A stretch of DNA of 64,000 nucleotides from Burkholderiales bacterium (lineage in GTDB: Bacteria; Pseudomonadota; Gammaproteobacteria; Burkholderiales; Burkholderiaceae_E): the NCBI GenBank assembly GCA_029977705.1, contig JAPOKJ010000011.1:3014-67013 (forward strand). The letters run 5' to 3'. Positions 53,878 through 63,092 of this stretch are shown here, piece by piece. The first letter of the stretch is position 1, and the number at the start of each line of letters is the position of its first letter. The position numbers and the translations under genes were made by a program. The notes below the pieces were generated by a model. That model had not been told where the DNA came from, searched no databases, and saw only the letters and a program-made list of their open reading frames with translations.

Positions 53878-55349
53878 GTGCTGGACCTTTGTCGGGGGGG
53901 CGGCGGATACCTGAGGAAGTAGCGCTTGATGCCCTTGAAGATGGCCGCTGCCACCTGTTGCTGGTAGGCCGGATCACCCAGGCGTCGTTCCTCCTGGGGA
54001 TTGGAGATGAAGGCGGTCTCGACCAGGATCGAGGGGATGTCCGGAGCGCGCAGCACCGCAAAGCCGGCCCGCTCGACGCCGCGCTTGTGCAGCTTGCCCA
54101 CTTCGCCCAGGTTCGAGAGCACGACCTCGCCCAGTCGGGTGCTGTCGCGGATCTGGGTCTTGGTGCTCATGTCGAGCAGCACGCGCGCAGCCTCCTGGCT
54201 GCTGGCTTTCAGATTGGCGCCACCGATCAGGTCGGCGCCGTTTTCCTTGTTGGCCAGCCAGCGTGCCGCCGTCGAGCTGGCGCTCTTGTCCGAGAGCACG
54301 AACACCGAGGCGCCGCGCGCAGCCGGTTCGACGAAGGCATCGGCATGGATCGAGACGAACAGGTCGGCCTGCACGCGCCGCGCCTTTTCGACGCGGGTGG
54401 CCAGCGGCACGAAGAAATCGGCATCGCGGGTCATGTAGGCCCGCATGTTGGGCTCGCGGTTGATCATCTCGCGAAGTAGCTGGCCGATCGAGAGCACGAC
54501 GTCCTTTTCGAACGTGCCGGCGCGACCGACGGCGCCAGGATCCTCTCCGCCATGGCCAGGATCCAGGGCCACCGTGACCAGGCGGATGATGCGTGGTTCG
54601 CTGCGCCGGGTCACCGCACCGCTGCTGCTGTTCTGGTCGCCGCTGCCACTGGCCGAGGCCTGGGCTCGCTCGCGTTCTCGGATCAGCTCAGCCAGCGGGT
54701 CGTGTCCCGGTGCCGGCGGTGCGGGCTCGGGCCTGGCGGACTTGCCGGCGCCTGGCGCGCCGCCCTTGCCAGTTTCGCTGCGCGAATTGTCGCCGGGGGC
54801 GGGCTTGCTGCCGGCACTGTTGCCAGCCGGCCGGTCGATCTGCTCGAGCAAGGCCTTCAGGGGATCGGGCGGGCTTTGCGGATACAGATCGAGCACCAGC
54901 CGGTGCCGGTAGTTGGCCACCGGCTCGAGCGCGAACAGCTGTGGCTTGACCGGCTCCTTCATGTCGAACACCAGCCGGACCACGCCCGGACGCAGCTGGC
55001 CGACCCGGACCTGGGCGATATAGGGATCGTCGGACTTGACCTTCGAGACCAGCTCGCGGATTTCGCTGTCCAGGTCGGCCGGCTCCAGGTCGATCACCAT
55101 GCGCGGCGGATCGGGCAGCAGGTTCTGGGTAAAGCGCAGCGGGCGGTCCAGCTCCAGGGTGACCCTGGTGTAGTCGCGGGCCGGCCATACCCGCACGGAC
55201 AGGATCGTTGCTGCCTGCGAGGGGCGGCTGAGCAGGCCGACCTGAAGCACCAGCGACCAGCGCGCCAGCCGTCCGGGCTGGCGCCGCAGGAACTGGCGCC
55301 GGCCTGTCAGGGCCGGGCCTTGTTTCGGCCTGGGCTGGGTACGCGACAT
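53874..55349 (-). CDS. amiC: N-acetylmuramoyl-L-alanine amidase (AmiC type, with AMIN domain)
   Basis: Tat-like signal (TGRRQFLRR), AMIN domain (VRVWPARDYTRVTLELD), low-complexity linker, and an Amidase_3 domain (VALDPGHGGEDPGA...SIHADA). Confidence 0.9.
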   Translation of the reverse strand: MSRTQPRPKQGPALTGRRQFLRRQPGRLARWSLVLQVGLLSRPSQAATILSVRVWPARDYTRVTLELDRPLRFTQNLLPDPPRMVIDLEPADLDSEIRELVSKVKSDDPYIAQVRVGQLRPGVVRLVFDMKEPVKPQLFALEPVANYRHRLVLDLYPQSPPDPLKALLEQIDRPAGNSAGSKPAPGDNSRSETGKGGAPGAGKSARPEPAPPAPGHDPLAELIRERERAQASASGSGDQNSSSGAVTRRSEPRIIRLVTVALDPGHGGEDPGAVGRAGTFEKDVVLSIGQLLREMINREPNMRAYMTRDADFFVPLATRVEKARRVQADLFVSIHADAFVEPAARGASVFVLSDKSASSTAARWLANKENGADLIGGANLKASSQEAARVLLDMSTKTQIRDSTRLGEVVLSNLGEVGKLHKRGVERAGFAVLRAPDIPSILVETAFISNPQEERRLGDPAYQQQVAAAIFKGIKRYFLRYPPPPRQRSST

Positions 55350-55351
55350 GC

Positions 55352-55867
55352 TCAGGCGTCCCTCAGGCCCTGCAGCCAGCGCTGTCCGAGGGCGCTATGG
55401 GCCTGCAGATGGGCATCGCGGGCGTCGCCATCGCCGCCAGCAAGGTGCGCGAGTTGCAGGGTCAGGTCGGGCGTCTGCAGGCTCTGGGCCGCCATCTCAG
55501 GCCATTCGATGAGGCTGAGTGTCCCGGGGGCCGCGATCATCTCGTCAAAGCCTGCCTCGCGCCATTCTTCGCGACCGGTGAAGCGGTAGAAGTCGAAGTG
55601 GTGCACGTCCAGTCCGTCAAGTTCATAGGGTTCCATCAACGTGAAGCTGGGACTGCGGACCCGGCCCGTGTGGCCCAGGGCGCGCAGCAGCGCGCGTGTG
55701 AAATGGGTCTTGCCGGCCCCCAGCGGCCCGCTCAGGTGGATCACGCCACCGCGGCCGCCCTCACCGGTACCGGTGGCCTGCATGGCCCGGGCCAGGCGCG
55801 AGGCCAGGGCGGCGGTGGCGGTTTCGTCGGGCAGATTAAGATGCAAGGATGACAGGGTCGCGTACAC
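55352..55867 (-). CDS. tsaE: tRNA t6A biosynthesis ATPase TsaE
   Basis: LPDETAT...HLSGPLGAGKTHFTRALL...SPSFTLMEPY. The start is either GTG 55867 or, closer to known N-termini, TTG 55846. Confidence 0.85.
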   Translation of the reverse strand: MYATLSSLHLNLPDETATAALASRLARAMQATGTGEGGRGGVIHLSGPLGAGKTHFTRALLRALGHTGRVRSPSFTLMEPYELDGLDVHHFDFYRFTGREEWREAGFDEMIAAPGTLSLIEWPEMAAQSLQTPDLTLQLAHLAGGDGDARDAHLQAHSALGQRWLQGLRDA

Positions 55868-56991
55868 CTTCGCATTTTATCGACATTGCCCTGGTGCAAG
55901 GCCTGGCTCGCGAGATGGGCTTTTCATCGGTGGGATTTGCAAGGCTCGAGGCGCAGGCGCTGGCGGCCGATGCGCAGGGCCTGCAGGCCTGGCTGGCGCA
56001 GCAGTTCCACGGCGACATGGACTTCATGCAGCGCCATGCCGCCCAGCGTGCCGACCCGGCCCTGCTCTTTGAAGGCGCGCGCAGCGCCATCATGGTCACA
56101 CTCGATTACCGGCCGGCCGATCCGGATTGGCAGGCGCACTTCTGGCAGGGACTGCAGGACCCGGCCCGTGCCACGATCTCTTCCTACGCCTGGGGCCGCG
56201 ACTATCACAAGATCCTGCGCAACCGGTTGCAGCGGCTGGCGCTGGCACTGGAGCAGCGCATCGGCGCCTTCAGGCACCGCGCCTTCTGCGATTCAGCCCC
56301 GGTGATGGAGGTGGCGCTGGCCCAGCGCGCCGGCTTGGGCTGGCGCGGCAAGCACACCCTGCTGCTCGATCGCCAGCAAGGCTCGATGTTCTTTCTGGGC
56401 AGCCTGTACACCGACCTGGACCTGCCCGAGCCCGGCCAGGCGCCATCGTCCCATTGCGGGACCTGCACCCAGTGCATCGACATCTGTCCGACGCAGGCCA
56501 TCGTCGCGCCCTACCGGCTCGATGCACGCCGCTGCATCAGCTATCTGACCATCGAGCATCGGGGGCCGATCGACGAGTCCTTGCGCGCCGCCATCGGTAA
56601 TCGCCTGTACGGCTGTGACGATTGCCAGGCCGCCTGTCCCTGGAACAAGTTTGCGCGGGCACCGGTGGCCCCTTCCCTGGTGGGCGAATTGGCGCCTCGC
56701 GCCGGTCTCGATCAGGCCGTCCTGCTCGACCTGTGGTCCTGGGATGAAGCACAGTTCCTGGCCCGCACCGAGGGCTCTCCGATCCGTCGCATCGGTTACT
56801 GGCGCTGGCGCCGCAACCTGATCGTGGTGACCGGCAATGCCTTGCGCTCGCCGTCGCTGCCGCAGGCGCTGCGTTCGGCCCTGTCGGCGGCCGTGCAGGC
56901 CATCGTCGATGCGGCCGACAGCGACGAGATCCTGCGCGAGCATGCGTGCTGGGCGCTGGCCCAAGGCCAGGGATGCGATGCCTATCCCTAG
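55849..56991 (+). CDS. queG: Epoxyqueuosine reductase
   Basis: Two 4Fe-4S motifs (CGTCTQCIDICP and CDDCQAACPWN) and the N-terminal GFSSVGFA...FHGDMDFM. TAAGAT lies 6 nt before the ATG. Confidence 0.9.
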   Translation: MTGSRTPSHFIDIALVQGLAREMGFSSVGFARLEAQALAADAQGLQAWLAQQFHGDMDFMQRHAAQRADPALLFEGARSAIMVTLDYRPADPDWQAHFWQGLQDPARATISSYAWGRDYHKILRNRLQRLALALEQRIGAFRHRAFCDSAPVMEVALAQRAGLGWRGKHTLLLDRQQGSMFFLGSLYTDLDLPEPGQAPSSHCGTCTQCIDICPTQAIVAPYRLDARRCISYLTIEHRGPIDESLRAAIGNRLYGCDDCQAACPWNKFARAPVAPSLVGELAPRAGLDQAVLLDLWSWDEAQFLARTEGSPIRRIGYWRWRRNLIVVTGNALRSPSLPQALRSALSAAVQAIVDAADSDEILREHACWALAQGQGCDAYP

Positions 56992-57896
56992 ACCACTGCC
57001 AACCAGAACGGCAGGGCCACGGCCGAGATCAGCAGGGACCAGGTGATCAGGCGCGCAACATAAGGGCCGTCGCCCCCCATGCGTGCCGCCAGGATATAGC
57101 AGGCCGAGGCCGTGGGCATGGCTGCAAACAGCGTGATGACGCTCTTCTCCATGCCGCCCAGGCCGGCGTGGCGTGCCGCCCACCAGGCCACTGCCGGCAG
57201 TGCGAAGGACTTGACGGTGAGGACCCAGACCGAGAACAAGCGGTCATGCAGGCTGGGCGGGTTGCGTTCCTGGGGCTCGAAGAGCATGCCCGCGCCGACA
57301 CCGATCAGGCCCAGGGCCAGGGCAGCGGCGCCCAGCTTGGCCAGGGTCAGGCTCAGTGGCCCGGGCAGTTGCAGGCCGAGGGCATTGCCGATCAGTCCGG
57401 CCAGGGTCGCGATGATGAGGGGATTGCGGATGATTTCGCGCAGCACATTCGAACCGGCATGACGAGCCAGGCCATAAACCGCCACCAGGTTGCACAGCGG
57501 CACGCTCGCCCCTACCACCAGGGCCGCCAGGGCCAGGCCATCCTGCCCGCCGATACGCTCGGCCATCGCCAGCGCGACATAGGAGTTGAAGCGAAAGGCG
57601 CATTGCACCCCGGAGGCAAAGCGCATCGGCTCGACACGCAGCACCAGGCGTGCGCCATGCGCCATCAGCACGCCGGCGGCGACCGCCACCAGGGCCACGC
57701 CGATGGCCGGACCGGCCGCCTCCAGGCTGAGCCGGGTGCGCACGATGGTGTTGAACAGCAGGGCCGGGAACAGGATGTAGTAGACGAGTTTTTCCGCCGT
57801 CACCCAGAAGGCATCCGGCCAGGCCATGTAGCGGCGCAGGAGGAATCCGGTCAGGATCAGCGAGGCCTCCGGAATGAGCAGCAGGGCGGCGTTCAA
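56988..57896 (-). CDS. AEC (auxin efflux carrier) family transporter
   Basis: 302-aa polytopic membrane ORF with AEC-like N-terminus LILTGFLLRR...YYILFPALLF. TTG start. Confidence 0.78.
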   Translation of the reverse strand: MNAALLLIPEASLILTGFLLRRYMAWPDAFWVTAEKLVYYILFPALLFNTIVRTRLSLEAAGPAIGVALVAVAAGVLMAHGARLVLRVEPMRFASGVQCAFRFNSYVALAMAERIGGQDGLALAALVVGASVPLCNLVAVYGLARHAGSNVLREIIRNPLIIATLAGLIGNALGLQLPGPLSLTLAKLGAAALALGLIGVGAGMLFEPQERNPPSLHDRLFSVWVLTVKSFALPAVAWWAARHAGLGGMEKSVITLFAAMPTASACYILAARMGGDGPYVARLITWSLLISAVALPFWLAVV

Positions 57897-57961
57897 ATCA
57901 GGTACATTTCCCGCAGGCAGGCGGCATCGGGCAGGACAGGACAGGGGATGAGGCAGGGGGC

Positions 57962-58927
57962 ATGACGGACAGCAGCACGGGCAGGAAGGCGGGCACAGGC
58001 CGAGCCGGCAGGACAGATCCGGCGCAGTTGCTTGCGGGCGCGGATCCCGATCGCATCGAAACCTTCATTGAGTCGCTGTGGCTGGAAGACGGCCTGTCGA
58101 AGAATTCCCAGCTGGCCTACCGCCGCGACCTGCGCATGACCCAGGCCTGGCTGGCAGCCCATGGGGGCACGGCACTGCGACAGGCCAGCGCCAGTGATCT
58201 GCAGGCCTATGTCTCGGCCCGCTTTGCACAGTCCAAGGCTACCAGCAGCAACCGTCGCCTGAGCGTGCTGCGCAAGTATTTTCGATACGCCTTGCGCCAG
58301 GGGTGGCGAGACGATGATCCCACCTTGCAGATGCGCTCGGCACGCCAGCCGCCACGCTTTCCCAAGACCCTGAGCGAGCAGCAGGTCGAGGCCCTGATCC
58401 AGGCGCCGGATGTCGAGGACCCGCTCGGCCTGCGCGATCGTGCCATGCTAGAGGTGCTGTATGCCAGCGGCCTGCGGGTCAGTGAACTGGTGGGCCTGCG
58501 CTCCACCGAGGTTTCGCTCACCGATGGCGTGATCAGTGTCATCGGCAAGGGCGACAAGCAGCGTCTGGTGCCGATGGGCGAGATGGCGCGCGAGTGGGTG
58601 GCGCGCTACCTCGCCCAGGCGCGCCCGCAGATCCTGGCCGGCCAGGCCAGCGACGACTTGTTCGTCACGCGCCGTGGCGCCGCGATGAGCCGGCAGATGT
58701 TCTGGAACCTGATCAAGCGCCATGCGCTGGCCGCCGGCATCCATGCCCCCCTGTCGCCGCATACCCTGCGCCACGCCTTCGCCACCCACCTGCTCAATCA
58801 TGGCGCGGACCTGCGCGTGGTGCAGATGCTGCTCGGTCATGCCGACATCTCCACCACCCAGATCTATACCCATGTGGCGCGCGAGCGCCTCAAGTTGCTG
58901 CATGCCCGCCACCATCCCCGCGGCTGA
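57962..58927 (+). CDS. xerD: Site-specific tyrosine recombinase XerD
   Basis: IESLWLEDGLSKNS..AYRRDL is the XerD-type N-terminus. Catalytic residues lie in ...LRVSELVGL..., HTLRHAFATHLL and ...TQIYTHV. Confidence 0.92.
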   Translation: MTDSSTGRKAGTGRAGRTDPAQLLAGADPDRIETFIESLWLEDGLSKNSQLAYRRDLRMTQAWLAAHGGTALRQASASDLQAYVSARFAQSKATSSNRRLSVLRKYFRYALRQGWRDDDPTLQMRSARQPPRFPKTLSEQQVEALIQAPDVEDPLGLRDRAMLEVLYASGLRVSELVGLRSTEVSLTDGVISVIGKGDKQRLVPMGEMAREWVARYLAQARPQILAGQASDDLFVTRRGAAMSRQMFWNLIKRHALAAGIHAPLSPHTLRHAFATHLLNHGADLRVVQMLLGHADISTTQIYTHVARERLKLLHARHHPRG

Positions 58928-58972
58928 GCACGGGCGCGCGAACGACCGCCCGCAGGCGGCGCTGGCTTGCCT

Positions 58973-58978
58973 TAGAAT
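58973..58978 (+). promoter_or_regulatory. -10-like hexamer TAGAAT 6 nt upstream of the ybaK ATG
   Basis: The sequence reads TAGAAT-cggcgc-ATG with no Shine-Dalgarno sequence. Confidence 0.35.
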
Positions 58979-58984
58979 CGGCGC

Positions 58985-59470
58985 ATGAGCAAGGCTCCTC
59001 CTGAAACCCTGGCCACCAAGGCGCTGAAAGCAGCCGGCGTCGCCTTTGATGGCCATTTGTACGACTATGAAGAGCACGGCGGTACCCGCGTCTCGGCGGC
59101 CAGGCTCGGCGTGGACGAATATGCGGTGGTCAAGACCCTGGTGATGCAGGACGAGAGCCGCGAGCCCCTGATCGTGCTGATGCATGGCACGATGAGTGTG
59201 TCCACGAAGGAACTGGCCCGGGCAGCGCGGCGCAAGTCGATCGAGCCCTGCACGCCCGAGGTGGCCCAGCGCCACAGCGGTTATCTGGTCGGCGGGACCT
59301 CACCCTTTGGCACGCGCAAGCGCATGCCGGTCTATGTCGAGCAGACCATCCTGTCGTTGCCCCGCCTCTACATCAATGGCGGGCGGCGCGGCTTCCTGGT
59401 GTCGATGGTGCCCTCCGATCTGCAGCGCGTGCTGCAGCCGGTGCCGGTCAAGGTGGGCCTGGAGAAATGA
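58985..59470 (+). CDS. ybaK: Cys-tRNA(Pro)/Cys-tRNA(Cys) deacylase YbaK
   Basis: 161 aa, YbaK/EbsC-like (...VKTLVM...GYLVGGTSPFG...). Confidence 0.87.
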   Translation: MSKAPPETLATKALKAAGVAFDGHLYDYEEHGGTRVSAARLGVDEYAVVKTLVMQDESREPLIVLMHGTMSVSTKELARAARRKSIEPCTPEVAQRHSGYLVGGTSPFGTRKRMPVYVEQTILSLPRLYINGGRRGFLVSMVPSDLQRVLQPVPVKVGLEK

Positions 59471-59474
59471 TCCG

Positions 59475-60113
59475 ATGAACAACGTCCTGTCCGGTCCCCT
59501 GGGGTTTATTGGCGCGGTCCTGCTCGCCTACCTGCTGGGCTCGATCTCCTTTGCCGTGCTCAGCAGCAGGCTGTTTGGTCTGGCCGATCCCCGCAGCTAT
59601 GGCTCGGGCAATCCCGGCGCCACCAATGTGCTGCGCTCGGGCCACAAGGGCGCTGCGCTGTTCACCCTGATCGGTGATGCGCTCAAGGGCCTGGTGGCGG
59701 TGCTGCTGGCGCGCTGGGCGGTTGAGCGCCTGGGGCTGGATGACGCGTTGCCTGCCCTGTGCGCGCTGGCGGCCTTCATCGGTCATTGCTTTCCGCTGTT
59801 TCATGGCTTCAAGGGCGGCAAGGGCGTGGCCACTGCGGCCGGTGTCCTGTTCGGCCTGAACCTGGGGCTGGGACTGGCCACCCTGGTGGCCTGGCTGCTG
59901 GTGTTCGGATTCTTTCGCATCTCGTCGGTGGCCGCCCTGGTGGCCGCCGCCGCGGCGGTGGTCTACCAGGTGATCGTGTTTGGCTTCGGCCTGCAGGCGC
60001 TCGCCGTGCTGGTGATGGGCGGCCTGCTGGTCTGGCGCCATCAGGACAACATCCGCCGTCTGCTGACCGGCCAGGAAGGTCGCGTGGCGGCCGGCAAGCG
60101 CAAGCCGCGCTGA
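59475..60113 (+). CDS. plsY: Glycerol-3-phosphate acyltransferase PlsY
   Basis: YLLGSISFAV...GSGNPGATNVLR...FKGGKGVAT are PlsY signatures. Confidence 0.93.
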   Translation: MNNVLSGPLGFIGAVLLAYLLGSISFAVLSSRLFGLADPRSYGSGNPGATNVLRSGHKGAALFTLIGDALKGLVAVLLARWAVERLGLDDALPALCALAAFIGHCFPLFHGFKGGKGVATAAGVLFGLNLGLGLATLVAWLLVFGFFRISSVAALVAAAAAVVYQVIVFGFGLQALAVLVMGGLLVWRHQDNIRRLLTGQEGRVAAGKRKPR

Positions 60114-60139
60114 ACCTGCACGGCCCGGGCCCCGTCCTC

Positions 60140-61060
60140 ATGCAGCCTGCACCCAGCCGCCTGGGCATCGACCTGGGCGGCACCAAGATCGAGGCCTGCC
60201 TGCTCGATGGCCGGGGCCGTGTGCTGTGGCGTACCCGGGTCGCCACCCCGGCCGGCGACTATCCGGCCACCCTCGATGCCCTGCATGGTCTGGTGCAGCA
60301 GGCGCGTGCTGCTGCGACCCTTGCAGGCCATGCGGTACCGACCGTGGGCATCGGCACGCCCGGTGCGGTGTCGCTGCACGATGGCCGCATCAAGAATGCC
60401 AACTCCACCTGCCTCAATGGCCAGCCCCTGCTGCAAGACCTGGAGCAGCGGCTGGGATGCCCGGTACGCAGCGCCAACGATGCCAACTGCATGCTGGTGT
60501 CGGAATGTGTCGACGGCGCCGCGCAGGGCGCCGAGACCGCCTTTGGCGTGATCCTGGGCACCGGGGTGGGGGGTGCCTTGTGGGTGCGCGGTGGCCTGCT
60601 CGAGGGACACAACCGCATCGCCGGCGAATGGGGTCACAACCCGCTGCCCTGGCCGCAGGCCGATGAGTTGCGGGGCCCGGCCTGCTATTGCGGCCGTTGC
60701 GGCTGCAACGAAACCTGGCTCAGTGGTCCGGGCCTGCTGGCGGACTACCGTCGTCAGGGGGGCGCCTGCGACTCGGTGCCCGCCCTGCTGCAGCAGGCCC
60801 AGGCCGGCGAAGCCCTGGCCGCTGCCGCCTTCGAGCGTTACTGCGAGCGCCTGGCGCGCGGCCTGGCCAGCGTCATCAACCTGTTCGATCCGCAGGTGAT
60901 CGTTCTGGCCGGTGGCCTGTCGCAGATCGATGCGCTGTATCAGCAGGTGCCGCAGCGCTGGGCGCGCTGGGTGTTCTCCGATACCGTGCAGACCCGCCTG
61001 CTGCGCGCAGCCCATGGCGATGCCTCGGGTGTGCGCGGCGCGGCCTGGCTATGGTGCTAG
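60140..61060 (+). CDS. ROK-family sugar kinase (N-acetylglucosamine kinase / fructokinase type)
   Basis: LGIDLGGTKIE ATP motif, GEWGH, and zinc motif CYCGRCGCNETWLSG. Confidence 0.85.
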   Translation: MQPAPSRLGIDLGGTKIEACLLDGRGRVLWRTRVATPAGDYPATLDALHGLVQQARAAATLAGHAVPTVGIGTPGAVSLHDGRIKNANSTCLNGQPLLQDLEQRLGCPVRSANDANCMLVSECVDGAAQGAETAFGVILGTGVGGALWVRGGLLEGHNRIAGEWGHNPLPWPQADELRGPACYCGRCGCNETWLSGPGLLADYRRQGGACDSVPALLQQAQAGEALAAAAFERYCERLARGLASVINLFDPQVIVLAGGLSQIDALYQQVPQRWARWVFSDTVQTRLLRAAHGDASGVRGAAWLWC

Positions 61061-61088
61061 CGTGGTGTGCCGGCGGCACACCACACTA
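61058..61088. terminator. Hairpin spanning both stop codons of convergent genes (bidirectional terminator candidate)
   Basis: GTGGTGTGCC-GGC-GGCACACCAC is a perfect 10-bp stem (61062-61084). It is flanked by TAG (61058-61060) and CTA (61086-61088), which extend the palindrome with one mismatch. Confidence 0.55.
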
Positions 61089-61979
61089 GGCCTGGGCCCT
61101 GGGTCTGAGCATGACCAGGGCCAGCGCCGCACCGCTGCACAGCATGGCCAGCCATTGCACCGGTCCCAGGGGTTCGCCGTTGAGGAGGGCGCCGGAGACC
61201 ATCGCCACCATCGGGACCATGATCGAGGAAATGCCGGCGGTGTTGGTCGAGAGCATGCCGACGATGGTGAACCAGCACAGGTTGCCGATGCACATCGGTA
61301 CCAGGGCGATATAGCTGATCACCGCGATGCTCTTCCACGAGGGCCAGAACCATTGATGATCGCCCAGCCATAGCGCCACCAGCGAGATCGGCACCGCCGA
61401 GACCGTCAGTTGCCAGCCGGTGAGCACGATTGGCGGCACGTCGACCTTGCGGGCCTTCAGGATCATCGTGCCCACTGCCCAGCCCAGGCCGGAGAGCAGG
61501 CCAAGGAAGAAGCCCAGGGGGGCCTGGGCATAGGCTGACAGGCTGCGGCTCATCAGCAGGCCCACGCAGGCCGCGCCCAGCAGCAGTGCCAGCACCAGCC
61601 GGGTCTCGAGCCGTTCGCGCAGCACCAGCACGGTCAGCAGACCGGACCACAAGGGCATGGTGAAGCCGAGGATGGCCGCCTGCCCGGAAGGGATCATCAG
61701 GGCGGCATAGGTGCTGGTGACATTCCACATCACCAGGTACAGCGAGGTGGCCGCGCCGATGCGCCACCAGTAGATGCGCGCAATGCCCAGCCGATGGCCC
61801 TGCAGGCGGGCCACCCCGAGCAGGGTCAGACCGGAGGCGAGCAGCGCCACGCTGCGGAAGGTCCACACCGACACTTCGGCCGTGGCCAGCCGGAACAAGG
61901 GCCAATTGGTGCCCCATACGAAGGTCAGGGCGATCAGCAGGAAGATGGCCTGGCGGGGAATGCCCGTTTGTGCATTCAT
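61086..61979 (-). CDS. DMT-superfamily (EamA) transporter
   Basis: 297 aa with 10 TM segments and two EamA-like halves. Confidence 0.8.
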   Translation of the reverse strand: MNAQTGIPRQAIFLLIALTFVWGTNWPLFRLATAEVSVWTFRSVALLASGLTLLGVARLQGHRLGIARIYWWRIGAATSLYLVMWNVTSTYAALMIPSGQAAILGFTMPLWSGLLTVLVLRERLETRLVLALLLGAACVGLLMSRSLSAYAQAPLGFFLGLLSGLGWAVGTMILKARKVDVPPIVLTGWQLTVSAVPISLVALWLGDHQWFWPSWKSIAVISYIALVPMCIGNLCWFTIVGMLSTNTAGISSIMVPMVAMVSGALLNGEPLGPVQWLAMLCSGAALALVMLRPRAQA

Positions 61980-61999
61980 GCGTTCATGCGCTTGTGCAT

Positions 62000-63085
62000 T
62001 CAGGCGGCCTGTCGCTTCATCAAATCTTCCAGGGGCCAGCGCGGCCGGACGGTGGGGCGATAGTCATGTGGCGCGGTGGCCGGTTCGGCCTGCAGCCTGA
62101 GGCCGCCGACGAGTGCGATCATCGCGCCATTGTCGGTGCACAGGCTCAGTTCGGGAAAGAACAGTTTGAAGCCCGGGTGATGGCGCGTCGGGGCACTGGC
62201 CTTTGCCAGCTTGTCACGCAGCATCAGGTTGGCGCTGACGCCGCCTGCGATCACCAGTTGGCGGGCCCCGGTGGCGTGCATGGCGGCCAGGGATTTGGCC
62301 ACCAGCACATCGGTGATGGCCTGCTGCACTTCAGCCGCCAGGTCGGCACGGGTAGCCTCATCCAGCACGGCTGCCGTGCCCGGCGAAGTTGCCTGACCTG
62401 CGGCCTGCGCGGCCTTGTTCACCTGGTTGAGCACGGCGGTCTTGAGGCCGCTGAAACTGAAATCGAGGTCGCCCGAATGCAGCAGGGGCCGGGGCAGCTT
62501 GAAGCGGCCGGGCACGCCCCGGGCCGCCTCGCGCGCGATGGCAGGGCCACCGGGATAGCCCAGGCCCATCAGCTTGGCGCTCTTGTCGAAGGCCTCGCCG
62601 GCGGCATCGTCGAGGGTGTCGCCCAGCAACTCGTAATGCCCCAGGGATCGTGCGTGCAGCAGCTGCGTGTGCCCGCCGGAGACCAGCAGGGCGACGAAGG
62701 GAAATTGCGGCGGATCTCGCGACAGCAGGGGCGAGAGCAGATGCCCCTCCAGGTGATGCACGCCGATGGCCGGCACACCCAGTGCAAAGGCCAGGGCGCA
62801 GGCGGTGCTGGCACCGACCAGCAGGGCGCCGGCAAGGCCGGGCCCCTGCGTGAAGGCGACGGCGTCGATGTCGGCCATCTCGATGCCGGCCTCACGCGCC
62901 ACCTGCCGGGTCAGGGGCAGCACACGCCGGATGTGGTCACGCGAGGCCAGCTCCGGCACCACGCCGCCATACTCGGCATGCATGCCCACCTGCGAGTGCA
63001 GGGCCTGCGCGCGCAGGCCGGCCTGGCTGTCATACAGCGCCACGCCGGTCTCGTCGCAGGAGGTCTCGATGCCCAGGATCAACAT
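62000..63085 (-). CDS. tsaD: tRNA N6-adenosine threonylcarbamoyltransferase TsaD
   Basis: [18 protein letters not shown]...[10 protein letters not shown]...LLVSGGHT. The start is set at MLILG by homology. Confidence 0.95.
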   Translation of the reverse strand: MLILGIETSCDETGVALYDSQAGLRAQALHSQVGMHAEYGGVVPELASRDHIRRVLPLTRQVAREAGIEMADIDAVAFTQGPGLAGALLVGASTACALAFALGVPAIGVHHLEGHLLSPLLSRDPPQFPFVALLVSGGHTQLLHARSLGHYELLGDTLDDAAGEAFDKSAKLMGLGYPGGPAIAREAARGVPGRFKLPRPLLHSGDLDFSFSGLKTAVLNQVNKAAQAAGQATSPGTAAVLDEATRADLAAEVQQAITDVLVAKSLAAMHATGARQLVIAGGVSANLMLRDKLAKASAPTRHHPGFKLFFPELSLCTDNGAMIALVGGLRLQAEPATAPHDYRPTVRPRWPLEDLMKRQAA

Positions 63086-63092
63086 GGCGGGC

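Noticed and set aside
57962-58927. The tyrosine recombinase as a marker of a prophage or integrative element.
   Set aside because: It has the XerD-specific N-terminal domain and sits among housekeeping genes (ybaK, plsY). There are no flanking repeats, tRNA genes, compositional shift or phage genes.
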